Shown piece after piece: positions 1 to 9,613 of a stretch of DNA of 64,000 bases; within the stretch, counting starts at the first letter, position 1, and every line of letters begins with the position of its first letter. The DNA comes from Monosiga brevicollis MX1 (lineage: Eukaryota), in assembly GCF_000002865.3 (NCBI RefSeq), contig NW_001865083.1, positions 142,852 through 206,851 on the forward strand, in the 5' to 3' direction. The notes under the pieces were generated by a model. The model was given only the letters and a program-made list of their open reading frames with translations, was not told the origin of the DNA and ran no database searches. A program made the translations under genes and the position numbers.

Positions 1-1000
1 ATTATAACTGGCGTTGGACTCGTTGGTCGCCGGCAACAGGTCGGGCAACACCCCACCCTCGCGGGGGATAGCCAGTAGATGATAACCGTGGTCAAGGTCA
101 GTGGGAGCGACCGCAACAGCATCTGATGCGTTCGCACTATTATAACTGGCGTTGGACTCGTTGGTCGCCGGCAACAGGTCGGGCAACACCCCACCCTCGC
201 GGGGGATAGCCAGTAGATGATAACCGTGGTCAAGGTCAGTGGGAGCGACCGCAACAGCATCTGATGCGTTCGCACTATTATAACTGGCGTTGGACTCGTT
301 GGTCGCCGGCAACAGGTCGGGCAACACCCCACCCTCGCGGGGGATAGCCAGTAGATGATAACCGTGGTCAAGGTCAGTGGGAGCGACTGCAACAGCATCT
401 AATGCGTTCGCACTATTATAACTGGCGTTGGACTCGTTGGTCGCCGGCAACAGGTCGGGCAACACCCCACCCTCGCGGGGGATAGCCAGTAGATGATAAC
501 CGTGGTCAAGGTCAGTGGGAGCGACCGCAACAGCATCTGATGCGTTCGCACTATTATAACTGGCGTTGGACTCGTTGGTCGCCGGCAACAGGTCGGGCAA
601 CACCCCACCCTCGCGGGGGATAGCCAGTAGATGATAACCGTGGTCAAGGTCAGTGGGAGCGACCGCAACAGCATCTGATGCGTTCGCACTATTATAACTG
701 GCGTTGGACTCGTTGGTCGCCGGCAACAGGTCGGGCAACACCCCACCCTCGCGGGGGATAGCCAGTAGATGATAACCGTGGTCAAGGTCAGTGGGAGCGA
801 CCGCAACAGCATCTGATGCGTTCGCACTATTATAACTGGCGTTGGACTCGTTGGTCGCCGGCAACAGGTCGGGCAACACCCCACCCTCGCGGGGGATAGC
901 AAGTAGATGATAACCGTGGTCAAGGTCAGTGGGAGCGACCGCAGCAGCATCTGATGCGTTCGCACTATTATAACTGGCGTTGGACTCGTTGGTCGCCGGC
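1..1000. repeat. 138-bp tandem repeat (~7.2 copies, continues off the window edge), coding on the minus strand
   Basis: The unit start ATTATAACTGGCG recurs at 1, 139, 277, 415, 553, 691, 829 and 967, with only about 4 substitutions across the copies. Confidence 0.97.
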
Positions 1001-1668
1001 TCCAAGGCGTAGGCTCCAATATCATCAGTATCATCAGCGCCTACACATGAGCTCATGGCACAATGAAGTTCCAAGCAAGCAATTAAGGCGGTACGCCCAT
1101 GTGGATAAATGTTTTTGACGCTGGCGCTCATGTGCCTGCGACCAACAGTCCTCCCCAGCAACGGTCTCGTAATTCCCGTGCCAGTGGCATCAGCGCTGCC
1201 GGCGCCAATGACATGCGCACCTTTCGGCGGGGCGAGACTCATGTGGGAGGGCAGCAAGCGATCATTGAGCCCATGGACAAGGCGTGGATCGGCGTCTTCG
1301 GCGTCGGCGTGCATGCATCCAGCATCAACAGGCTTTTCTCCTGAAACACCCAGCCTCAGAAGCTCGCCACTACCAGATATGTTGGCACCCGCGTCAGCAT
1401 CATCGCCATTGGCATCCCTGTCGAGCTTGGCAGCCATATTGAGCTTGACAGTCATGTTGCCATTGGCATCCCTGTCGAGCTTGGCAGTCATGTTGAGCTT
1501 GGCAGCCATGTTGAGCTTGACAGTCATGTTGCCATTGGCATCCCTGTCGAGCTTGGCAGTCATGTTGAGCTTGGCAGTCATGTTGCCATTGGCAGTCATG
1601 TTGCCGTTGGCAGCCATGTTGAGCTTGGGCAGCGCCTCCCGAGCGCGAGAGGTGTGGCTCGAGTCAAA
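1..1668 (-). CDS. Large exon of a repetitive, N-glycosylation-sequon-rich protein (3' end outside the window; small upstream exons likely to ~2.8 kb)
   Basis: Manual translation from the acceptor cttcag|TTTGAC at ~1668 is stop-free to position 1: FDSSHTSR...(NMTAKL/DRDANG)n...ADDTDDIGAYALEPAT then (NESNASYNSANASDAVAVAPTDLDHGYHLLAIPREGGVLPDLLPAT)n. Repeat variants at ~388 and ~901 are synonymous in this frame. Confidence 0.7.
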
Positions 1669-1903
1669 CTGAAGAGGACAAGACGAGGAAGAAAAATGAG
1701 CCATGATGAGCTTGGGCCGCACCTTGCGATCGCCGAGCCAAACTGAGAGGGACGGGGGGGGGGGCGGGGGGAGGGGGGAAACATAAATAATGTAATGATG
1801 ATATTATTATAATCAATTGCGTCCAGTAAACGCAGGAGCAGGCCGCTCTTGCTGAGTGCGCACATGGGCTTCCAACGTTCAAAACTAGAGACTAAAATAA
1901 CGG

Positions 1904-1990
<87 letters not shown>

Positions 1991-2067
1991 AACCGTCGAA
2001 AAGTAACGGTCACTTATTGACAATGACCTTGTAAATAACGGCCGCACAAAACTCTGAATGTGCGAGT

Positions 2068-2485
2068 GGGAGAGCTCGCAAGCTTTGAAGCGTGCGCTTT
2101 TGAATGTGGTGGGAGAGCTCGCAAGCTTTGAAGCGTGTGCTTTTGAATGTGGTGGGAGAGCTCGCAAGCTTTGAAGCGTGTGCTTTTGAATGTGGTGGGA
2201 GAGCTCGCAAGCTTTGAAGCGTGTGCTTTTGAATGTGGTGGGAGAGCTCGCAAGCTTTGAAGCGTGTGCTTTTGAATGTGGTGGGAGAGCTCGCAAGCTT
2301 TGAAGCGTGTGCTTTTGAATGTGGTGGGAGAGCTCGCAAGCTTTGAAGCGTGTGCTTTTGAATGTGGTGGGAGAGCTCGCAAGCTTTGAAGCGTGTGCTT
2401 TTGAATGTGGTGGGAGAGCTCGCAAGCTTTGAAGCGTGTGCTTTTGAATGTGGTGGGAGAGCTCGCAAGCTTTGAGGCGTGCGCT
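2068..2485. repeat. 43-bp minisatellite, ~9.5 near-identical copies, probably intronic
   Basis: Unit GGGAGAGCTCGCAAGCTTTGAAGCGTGTGCTTTTGAATGTGGT, period 43 (2111, 2154, ...). There are no spacers and the unit length is not a multiple of 3. Confidence 0.95.
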
Positions 2486-3871
2486 TGCACGTGTGACACG
2501 CCAACACGACCCCAACCGTCGCACTGTGCGCCCCAAACCGTCCACAACCAAATGTAACTCATCCCACCATGACCGTTGAGATCCCAACCACAACCACCCA
2601 TGTTCCGTTACTCAGACGGTAAGCTCAATCTCGACCTTCTGCCGACCCACAAACAAGCGCTCGACCCGAATCGATCGGCATGGCATTGCCCTACTCCCCG
2701 GAAGAGAGATCGTGCAGGAACGAGTACGTGCTTTGGCGCACACGACGATGCTTGTGACGGTCTTACACAAATGGGACAGTCACCAGCACTTTCTATGGAA
2801 CCATGAGTGATGTCAGCGATCTGGGAAAGTATTTTACATAACATGTATTCGTTAGAATTTGAGAAGGAAGGGAAATGAATTGTTTAAGAGGGGTTTTTAG
2901 GCTTCAAAAGTATTCAAAAAGTTGGCAGAGCGGTTTGCCTCGCTTTCTCTCTCATTTTCGCTCTCTCTCTCTCCTCTTGTTGCTGTGAACGATTTGAAGC
3001 ACACAACCTCTAAAATGGTACGGTTACACGCCCTCTCTCTCTGATTCGATGACTTGTTCGGCAATACTCTCTGCTTTTGGTTGCTGTTCTACTCGTCTCT
3101 CTGCTATGCCTTTATTCTACCGTTATGCTTCCCTCTCCTTGAACCATCTCTCTTCAACGCCCAACCATCCGCTTCACCTCTCTCGGCTGGCTTCGGCCCT
3201 CTCTCTGTCTCTGCTTCCTTGCTCTTGATCGCTCTCTCTCTCTCTCTTTGTCGTACGAGGTGTTCCAGTGGCGCAAACGGCAGCGCCACTGGCTAGACTG
3301 CCCATTGCATTTGCTTCACCATCGCAGCACATCCTCTCTCCCCGCACGTGTGCCTGCCCGCGTACACCGAGGTTCAGGACGTCAATCAATGCATTGATTC
3401 ACCTTCATCGCACCCACACACACACTCACACACGCACACACTCACATACATATGGCAGCCTTGTCTTCGTCGGCCTTGNNNNNNNNNNNNNNNNNNNNNN
3501 NNNNNNNNNNNNNNNNNNNNNNNNNNNNNNNNNNNNNNNNNNNNNNNNNNNNNNNNNNNNNNNNNNNNNNNNNNNNNNNNNNNNNNNNNNNNNNNNNNNN
3601 NNNNNNNNNNNNNNNNNNNNNNNNNNNNNNNNNNNNNNNNNNNNNNNNNNNNNNNNNNNNNNNNNNNNNNNNNNNNNNNNNNNNNNNNNNNNNNNNNNNN
3701 NNNNNNNNNNNNNNNNNNNNNNNNNNNNNNNNNNNNNNNNNNNNNNNNNNNNNNNNNNNNNNNNNNNNNNNNNNNNNNNNNNNNNNNNNNNNNNNNNNNN
3801 NNNNNNNNNNNNNNNNNNNNNNNNNNNNNNNNNNNNNNNNNNNTTCCTTTGTTTTGCTCTTGCGCACTCAG

Positions 3872-3981
3872 ACGCCAGTGGCGTGCCCATGAGCATGGCC
3901 CGTGCCGTGCCCACCATTGCCAGCACCAAGTTGCTCGTGTCCAACCTCGCCTTTGACGTCCTGGAGGAGGACCTGCGCGTA

Positions 3982-4017
<36 letters not shown>

Positions 4018-4669
4018 CCCAAGTCTTAACAACCAACGATCCGTCCCTTCCCTCGCCCTTTCTCATCCTCCCGCCCCCACCAACCTGGATCATGTGGCTT
4101 AGGAGCTCTTCGGTAAGCACGGGGCTCTCCGCGCCTGCAACATGAACTACGATCGCTCCGGTCGCTCCCAGGGCACGGCCGAGGTCATCTTCCAGAGTGC
4201 CGCCTCGGCGCGCGCCGCCTATGAGGCCTACAACCAGGTGCTCCTCGACGGCAAGCCCCTCCAGATTGAGCTTGTCGCCGATGACAATGCCCTCGCCTCC
4301 GCTGCCGTCATGTCCACCATGATGGCCCAGCCCGCCGCCGGTGGTCGCTTCATTGACGGTGGTCGCCGCGATCGCGACTCTGGTCGTCCTCGCCGTGATG
4401 GTGACCGTGACCGCCGTGATGGCCGCGATAACGATCGCTCCCGTGGCAACACCCGTGGTGGCCGCGGTGCCGGTCGTGGCGGTCGCGGTGGCCGTGGCGG
4501 TCGTGGCGGTCGTGGTGGCCGCGCCCAAGCGGCCAAGCCCGCCGATCCCTCGGACCTGGATGCCCAGCTTTCCCAGTACCGTGGTACCATGGCCACTGAC
4601 CTCAACGCCGAGCTCGACGCATACCGCACCAAGAGCGACGCGGCCGAGGCCCCTGCTGATGCCGAGTAA
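3872..4669 (+). CDS. ALYREF: ALYREF/THOC4/Yra1-like mRNA export adaptor (RRM, RGG region, C-terminal UAP56-binding motifs); 5' part in the gap at 3479-3843
   Basis: STKLLVSNLAFDVLEEDLR|ELFGKHG...MNYDRSGRSQGTAEVIF...YNQVLLDGKPLQIELV, then an RGG run and DLDAQLSQY/DLNAELDAY. GT-AG intron 3979-4102 joins the exons in frame. Confidence 0.88.
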
Positions 4670-6196
4670 ACAAGCCCGCCCTGCCACCGCGCTTCCTGCA
4701 GTTGCTCTCGAGATTTTTGCTTGCAGCAGATGTACCCGGGTGCAACTGCCTTTTTCCAATGGAAAAGGCGTGTGCTCATGCTTTTGCTCGTGTGAGGTGC
4801 CGCCTCAATCTTTCCTTTTATCTTTCTCACTTGGAACAAGAAAGAGGCGGCCTTTCCACGCGCCGAGCTTTCTCGAGGGCCTGCCATGGATGGCGCGGTG
4901 GCTTGGCCTCCTGCCTATGGCTGCCCAGGTACTCTCCCAATTCTTGCAGACTCGTTCCTTGCTGTCCCCTGTTGTGCCAGATCGAGCCATGGGTCTCTGG
5001 CGCATTGTCTGCCCATGGCTTGCTCCGCCCCCGTGTCTGTTGTGCTGTCGTCGTGCTTGTGCCATGGCTCCCTGCTTCATGCCATCAGGGTGTATCCATG
5101 CGCTGTGTCGTCCTGTGCTGCGTCAGGCCTTGGCAGAAGAAAAGGAAGAAGGCGATTGGATCGTTGATCCTCCCCCTTCGCTATCTATCTGTCAGGCCTG
5201 GTTTTGCTCGTTCTTTTTCCGTGACTCGTTTCTTGTCTTGTCTGTGTGTCGGGTTGCAAGGGGTGGGGTTTTACGCGCTCGTGCTGCAAAATGGGCGTCA
5301 GAGACGCTGGCACAGCCAACCCAACCTCTTCTCCCGACTTTTGTCGTGTGATGTTTGCCGTTACCTCCTTTGTCTTTTTGCCTGATCGCTGTGTTTCATT
5401 GTTAGCTTGCATATTTTCATGATCTTAAATAAACCGTCATCCGCCTGCCTGATGCTTATTTGGCTCTCCTCGCTCTTCCTCCTCGTGCCCGTCCCTCCTT
5501 TTATGTCATATTTTGCCCCAGAGTGCTCATCTTTGACAATCACCAACCTGAATGTTTTTCCCTCTTTTATCCGTCCCATGTGTTTTTGCGCGTCCCGATG
5601 CCGTGGTCCCTTTGTTTGTAGTTGCCTCTTCCTTTCCTTGTTTCAGGGTTGAAGCGAAAAATGTGTTTCGTGTGGTTTTGCAGTGCCTTCCATCCATAAA
5701 TCAAGAATTGACCGCGTGACTTTGGCCACACTCTTATCTTTCTTTGAATCGCTGACTTGACACCAATGCACGAGCCGTGCTTTATAAAGTGAATTGCTCG
5801 GCAGACCACGGACCCAACAAGGGGGAAAGGGGGCGGCTCAAGGGGAGCAAACGGCACAGCAAAACAAAAAAAATAAAAGACCCCACAACGACATGGCACA
5901 ACAATCTCTCCGTCAACTGCGGAACGCTGTGAGAACCGGGGATAACCACGGGCGCGCCGACAGCAGCCATAGGGCAAGAAAATGACCACAGAACAACCAA
6001 CAAAAACAATACGGAAAAACAGAAAAGGAGAGACGGTGGGGTGGAGGGAGAATGGACCTAACCAGTGAATGAGAGACAAAAAAAAAAAAAAAAAAACATC
6101 GAGAGCAACAGCAACACTCGGCAGCGACCAAACTGGATGACATTACATCACAAACGAGTCGCGGCCGGACACATCCACGGCATGGAGAAAAGAAGT

Positions 6197-8552
6197 TTAC
6201 TTGGGAACAGCAGCAACAACAATGATGGCAATGATCAGAAGCAGGATGCAGCAAAACATGCCACCGGCCTTGGCCTTTTCAGATACATAAACGACGTGCT
6301 CGGTTTCTCGCTTCAGGCGACGATCCGTAATGTCCATGCCCTGGCCAAGCTCATCCAGCATCTCTATTGTGTTTTTGTACGCAGGCAGCAAACGATGCAT
6401 CGAATGAGTGGGTGCAGATCAGCGTGCATGTGCGCCATGTCGATGCAAAACGACAACAAGATACTCACCGTTTTGATCATCCAGCTCGTCGCCAATGGCC
6501 ATGCCCACTTGTTTTAACCGTTGCGCCGAGGCGGAGATGGTGGACAAGCCGCGGTCCTGCTCGTCCATGATCCGATCCTGCTCTTGCAGAAGGGCCTGTG
6601 TATCCTGACCGCGAGTGTATTCGTCCTCGACCGGCGCACGGCCGCCGGCAGATCCGTAGAGGGCATTGCGGTGGTAATCGCTGCTCATGGCGCTGTTGCT
6701 GTTGCCTTGACCAAACTGACCCTCGAGGGTTTTGAATCTGCCGAGGCAAGAGCGCATTGATGACGATGAGAAAAATAATAGGGGGTGCACGGCCATTGTA
6801 CCGGACACGAATAGGGGAGGGAAAGTGGAGCGGAGACGTGTGGCAAATCAAAAAGGACAAGCGGGTAGGATCAGCAAATGAATCTAGCAGGGTGTTGTCC
6901 AGCAAGTCGTGCCATCTCTGACACGCGTAGGAAAACCGCAGCCCGGATTCTCATCACATCCAAACCCCTTTCTTTTCAGCCATTGAGTATACGAGGGTGT
7001 TGTTGCGTGTGGTCTGAACGGTGTCGTGCGGGGGGTTGATGAATCAAAGAGAACAGCCAAGTCACAACGATAGTACACCACGGGAAGCAAAAGAAAAGGA
7101 AAGCAAGTGGGATCAGCAAATGAATCTAGCAGGGTGTTGTCCAGCAAGTCGTGCCATCTCTGACACGCGTAGGAAAACCGCAGCCCGGATTCTCATCACG
7201 CCCAACGTTTCGGTATTTTAAAAAAAAAATGTGTTTGGTATAAAAAGCGAACACTGACAATGTCAACAAGAGGAGAAATGGGATCAGCAAATGAATCTAG
7301 CAGGGTGTTGTCCAGCAGGTCGTGCCATCTCTGACACGCGTAGGAAAACCGCAGCCCGGATTCTCATCACGCCCAGCAAAAATGTGTTCCACCCAAAACA
7401 AAAAGAAACACAATGTTCAGCCAAAAGTGACAACGCCAATGTCAACAAGAGGAGAAATGGGATCAGCAAATGAATCTAGCAGGGTGTTGTCCAGCAAGTC
7501 GTGCCATCTCTGACACGCGTAGGAAAACCGCAGCCCGGATTCTCATCATGTCCACTTTAGCCAGAATTGAACCAATATGTAATAACAAGGTAAAAAGAGA
7601 ATCTAATCAAGATCAGTTTCAGCTGTGTTCCCGAGGGCGGATGTGCGTGTGGGTGGGGAGGACGTGAAGGTCAGCAAATGAATCTAGCAGGGTGTTGTCC
7701 AGCAGATCACGCCATCTCTGACGCGTAGGAAAACCGCAGCCCGGATTCTCATCATTCCCTCAAGAAAGTGGTTGAGAAAACAACAACGTATGAATCGTGT
7801 CATGAAGAGGCGTCCGCGTAGGGATGGATGGATGGATGGATGGATGGGTAGGAAAACATCGGGATGTAACCAGAAAACAAGAGATGTAGCTGTGAAAGAC
7901 AAACCATCCCCTCTGCTGCCATGAGGTGGCGACTACGCACCGAGAATTCAGCTGGCGAAGCTGATTCTGACGACGATCGGCTTCCTTGGCGGTGCTACAA
8001 GTGATTCAAATGCCAAGAGTGTGAGATGGCGAACCAAAGGGAAATGAAAGAAGAGCATCGGGGAAACAAGCAGGGTTGGCTGAGCTGAGCGTACACGGCG
8101 TAGGAGCTGGCGTCGTTCTCGAGTTGCTTTTGAAGTTTGTCAAGCAAGGGAGCCAGTCGCTTCAGGCCGTTGCTGGCAGCGTTGGTGGCCTGCCGGTGGA
8201 GCAGGGCAAAAAAAAAAAAAAGGGGGGGGGGGGGGTCCCGGAAATGAGGTGAAAAGGGATACCCCTCCAAACACCCTGGGGGGGGGGGAACCTACCCCCA
8301 TTGCGTTTTGGCCCTTGTTACCCANNNNNNNNNNNNNNNNNNNNNNNNNNNNNNNNNNNNNNNNNNNNNNNNNNAAAAGGGGGGGGGGGGGCTCCAGGAA
8401 GTGAGGTGAGAGGGGATACCCGTCGAAGCACCATGGGGTGTGGGGAACGTACGCCAGTTGCGTTTTGGCCCTTGTTACGCAGGCGAGTGCGCTCGGTGCA
8501 AGCCGCCTGGATATCGTTTGCCAACGCTTGGGCCGCGTCAAAGTCGTCCAGC
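6197..8552 (-). CDS. STX8: Syntaxin-8 (Qc-SNARE), multi-exon; first exon(s) unresolved, upstream of 8552
   Basis: Exons give LDDFDAAQALANDIQ..., TAKEADRRQNQLRQLNSR|FKTLEG..., a SNARE motif QDRIMDEQDRGLSTISASAQRLKQVGMAIGDELDDQN|EMLDEL..., and a C-terminal TM GMFCCILLLIIAIIVVAAVPK. This closely parallels metazoan STX8. Confidence 0.88.
6871..6957 (-). ncRNA. Box C/D snoRNA-like unit, copy 1 (STX8 intron)
   Basis: Minus strand reads GTGATGA (box C) GAATCCGGGCTGCGGTTTTCCTACGCGTGT CAGA (D') ...TAGATTCATTTG CTGA (box D), with a GGA/TCC terminal stem. Confidence 0.75.
7113..7199 (-). ncRNA. Box C/D snoRNA-like unit, copy 2
   Basis: Identical 87-nt core from box C to box D; TGGG/CCCA terminal stem. 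Confidence 0.75.
7284..7370 (-). ncRNA. Box C/D snoRNA-like unit, copy 3
   Basis: 87-nt core with one substitution; TGGG/CCCA terminal stem. Confidence 0.75.
7463..7549 (-). ncRNA. Box C/D snoRNA-like unit, copy 4
   Basis: Box C variant ATGATGA (still RTGATGA); otherwise the same core; box D CTGA. Confidence 0.75.
7671..7755 (-). ncRNA. Box C/D snoRNA-like unit, copy 5 (most diverged, 85 nt)
   Basis: ATGATGA...CTGA are retained. There is a 2-nt deletion before D' and substitutions after it; GAGGG/CCTTC terminal stem. Confidence 0.7.
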
Positions 8553-8904
8553 CTAGCAGCAGAGAGATTCCAAGAGGTGAGGGCCGATGTCGTACTTTGG
8601 TTCTTCCGTCGCGACAGCGGTACAGCGCAAATCAAAAAAAAAAAAAAAAAAAAAAAAAAGGGAGAGAGATCGAGAGAAGACTTGGAGAGATAGGGTGTGT
8701 AGACTCAGAGAGACAGAAGGAAAGACAGAAGGAGAGACAGAAGGAGAGACAGAAGGAGAGACAGAAGGAGTCAGCAGTGGAGGCGGTCAGTGAGACAAAT
8801 GGAGCCAGAGATCAAGACAGAGAACAGGGAGCGAGAAAGCAACGAGGAGACAGACTGAGAGACAGCGCCAAAGATGAACAAACGAAAAGAGATGAGAAGA
8901 AGAG

Positions 8905-9102
8905 ATAAACACAAGGCGAGAGAGAGCGAGAGAGAGAGAGAGAAAGCGAGAGCGAGAGAGAGAGAGAGAGAGAAAGCGAGAGAGAGAGAGAGCGAGAGCG
9001 AGAGAGCGAGAGAGAGCGAGAGGGAGCGAGAGAGAGCGAGAGGGAGCGAGAGGGAGAGAGAGCGAGAGAGAGCGAGGGACCAAGGGGTCTGCTCATGTAT
9101 CG

Positions 9103-9160
<58 letters not shown>

Positions 9161-9356
9161 ACGCACGCCACGCGAGAGAGAAATGCAACGACGACGATGA
9201 TGACGATGACCGGACAGGGACAACAAGTCAAGTCGAGCATTCAAACAACAAGAAAAAGAGGCAACAGCTCATCATCAACTCGAGAGCACGGGGGATGTAC
9301 ATGCAAAGGGAGCAAGTGTGGTGTGCGTGCACTGCCGTTGACACGCAGCCGGCTGA

Positions 9357-9398
<42 letters not shown>

Positions 9399-9444
9399 AG
9401 ACTCCTCCACCAACGCCAACGCCAGCAAGAGCTCACGATTCAGT

Positions 9445-9519
<75 letters not shown>

Positions 9520-9562
9520 ACTGACTAGGGTTCGGGTTGGCGGACGGCTCGCTGCCGTTTGA

Positions 9563-9610
<48 letters not shown>
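8905..9610. repeat. (GA)n/(GAGC) and (CA)n microsatellite cluster
   Basis: Dinucleotide tracts are directly visible. Confidence 0.9.

Positions 9611-9613
<3 letters not shown>

Noticed and set aside
399..1034. Listed 211-aa minus ORF (PTSPTPVIIVRTHQ... repeats)
   Set aside because: Shadow frame. A repeat variant introduces a stop in it, while an alternative frame stays open and takes silent changes.
1892..2601. Three overlapping ORFs across the 43-bp repeat; possible CRISPR-like array
   Set aside because: The ORFs arise from a stop-free repeat unit. There are no unique spacers or cas genes, and the context is eukaryotic.
6868..7755. Repeat-spacer pattern read as a CRISPR array or duplicated coding exons
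   Set aside because: The repeats are 87 nt, the spacers are 84-155 nt and partly homologous, and the flanking STX8 exons already join in frame. C/D boxes explain the boundaries better.
8210..8480. Apparent duplication of an STX8 exon end and intron on either side of a 50-N gap
   Set aside because: The left copy looks like a low-quality read tail after a homopolymer. It is most likely an unmerged overlap, not a real duplication.
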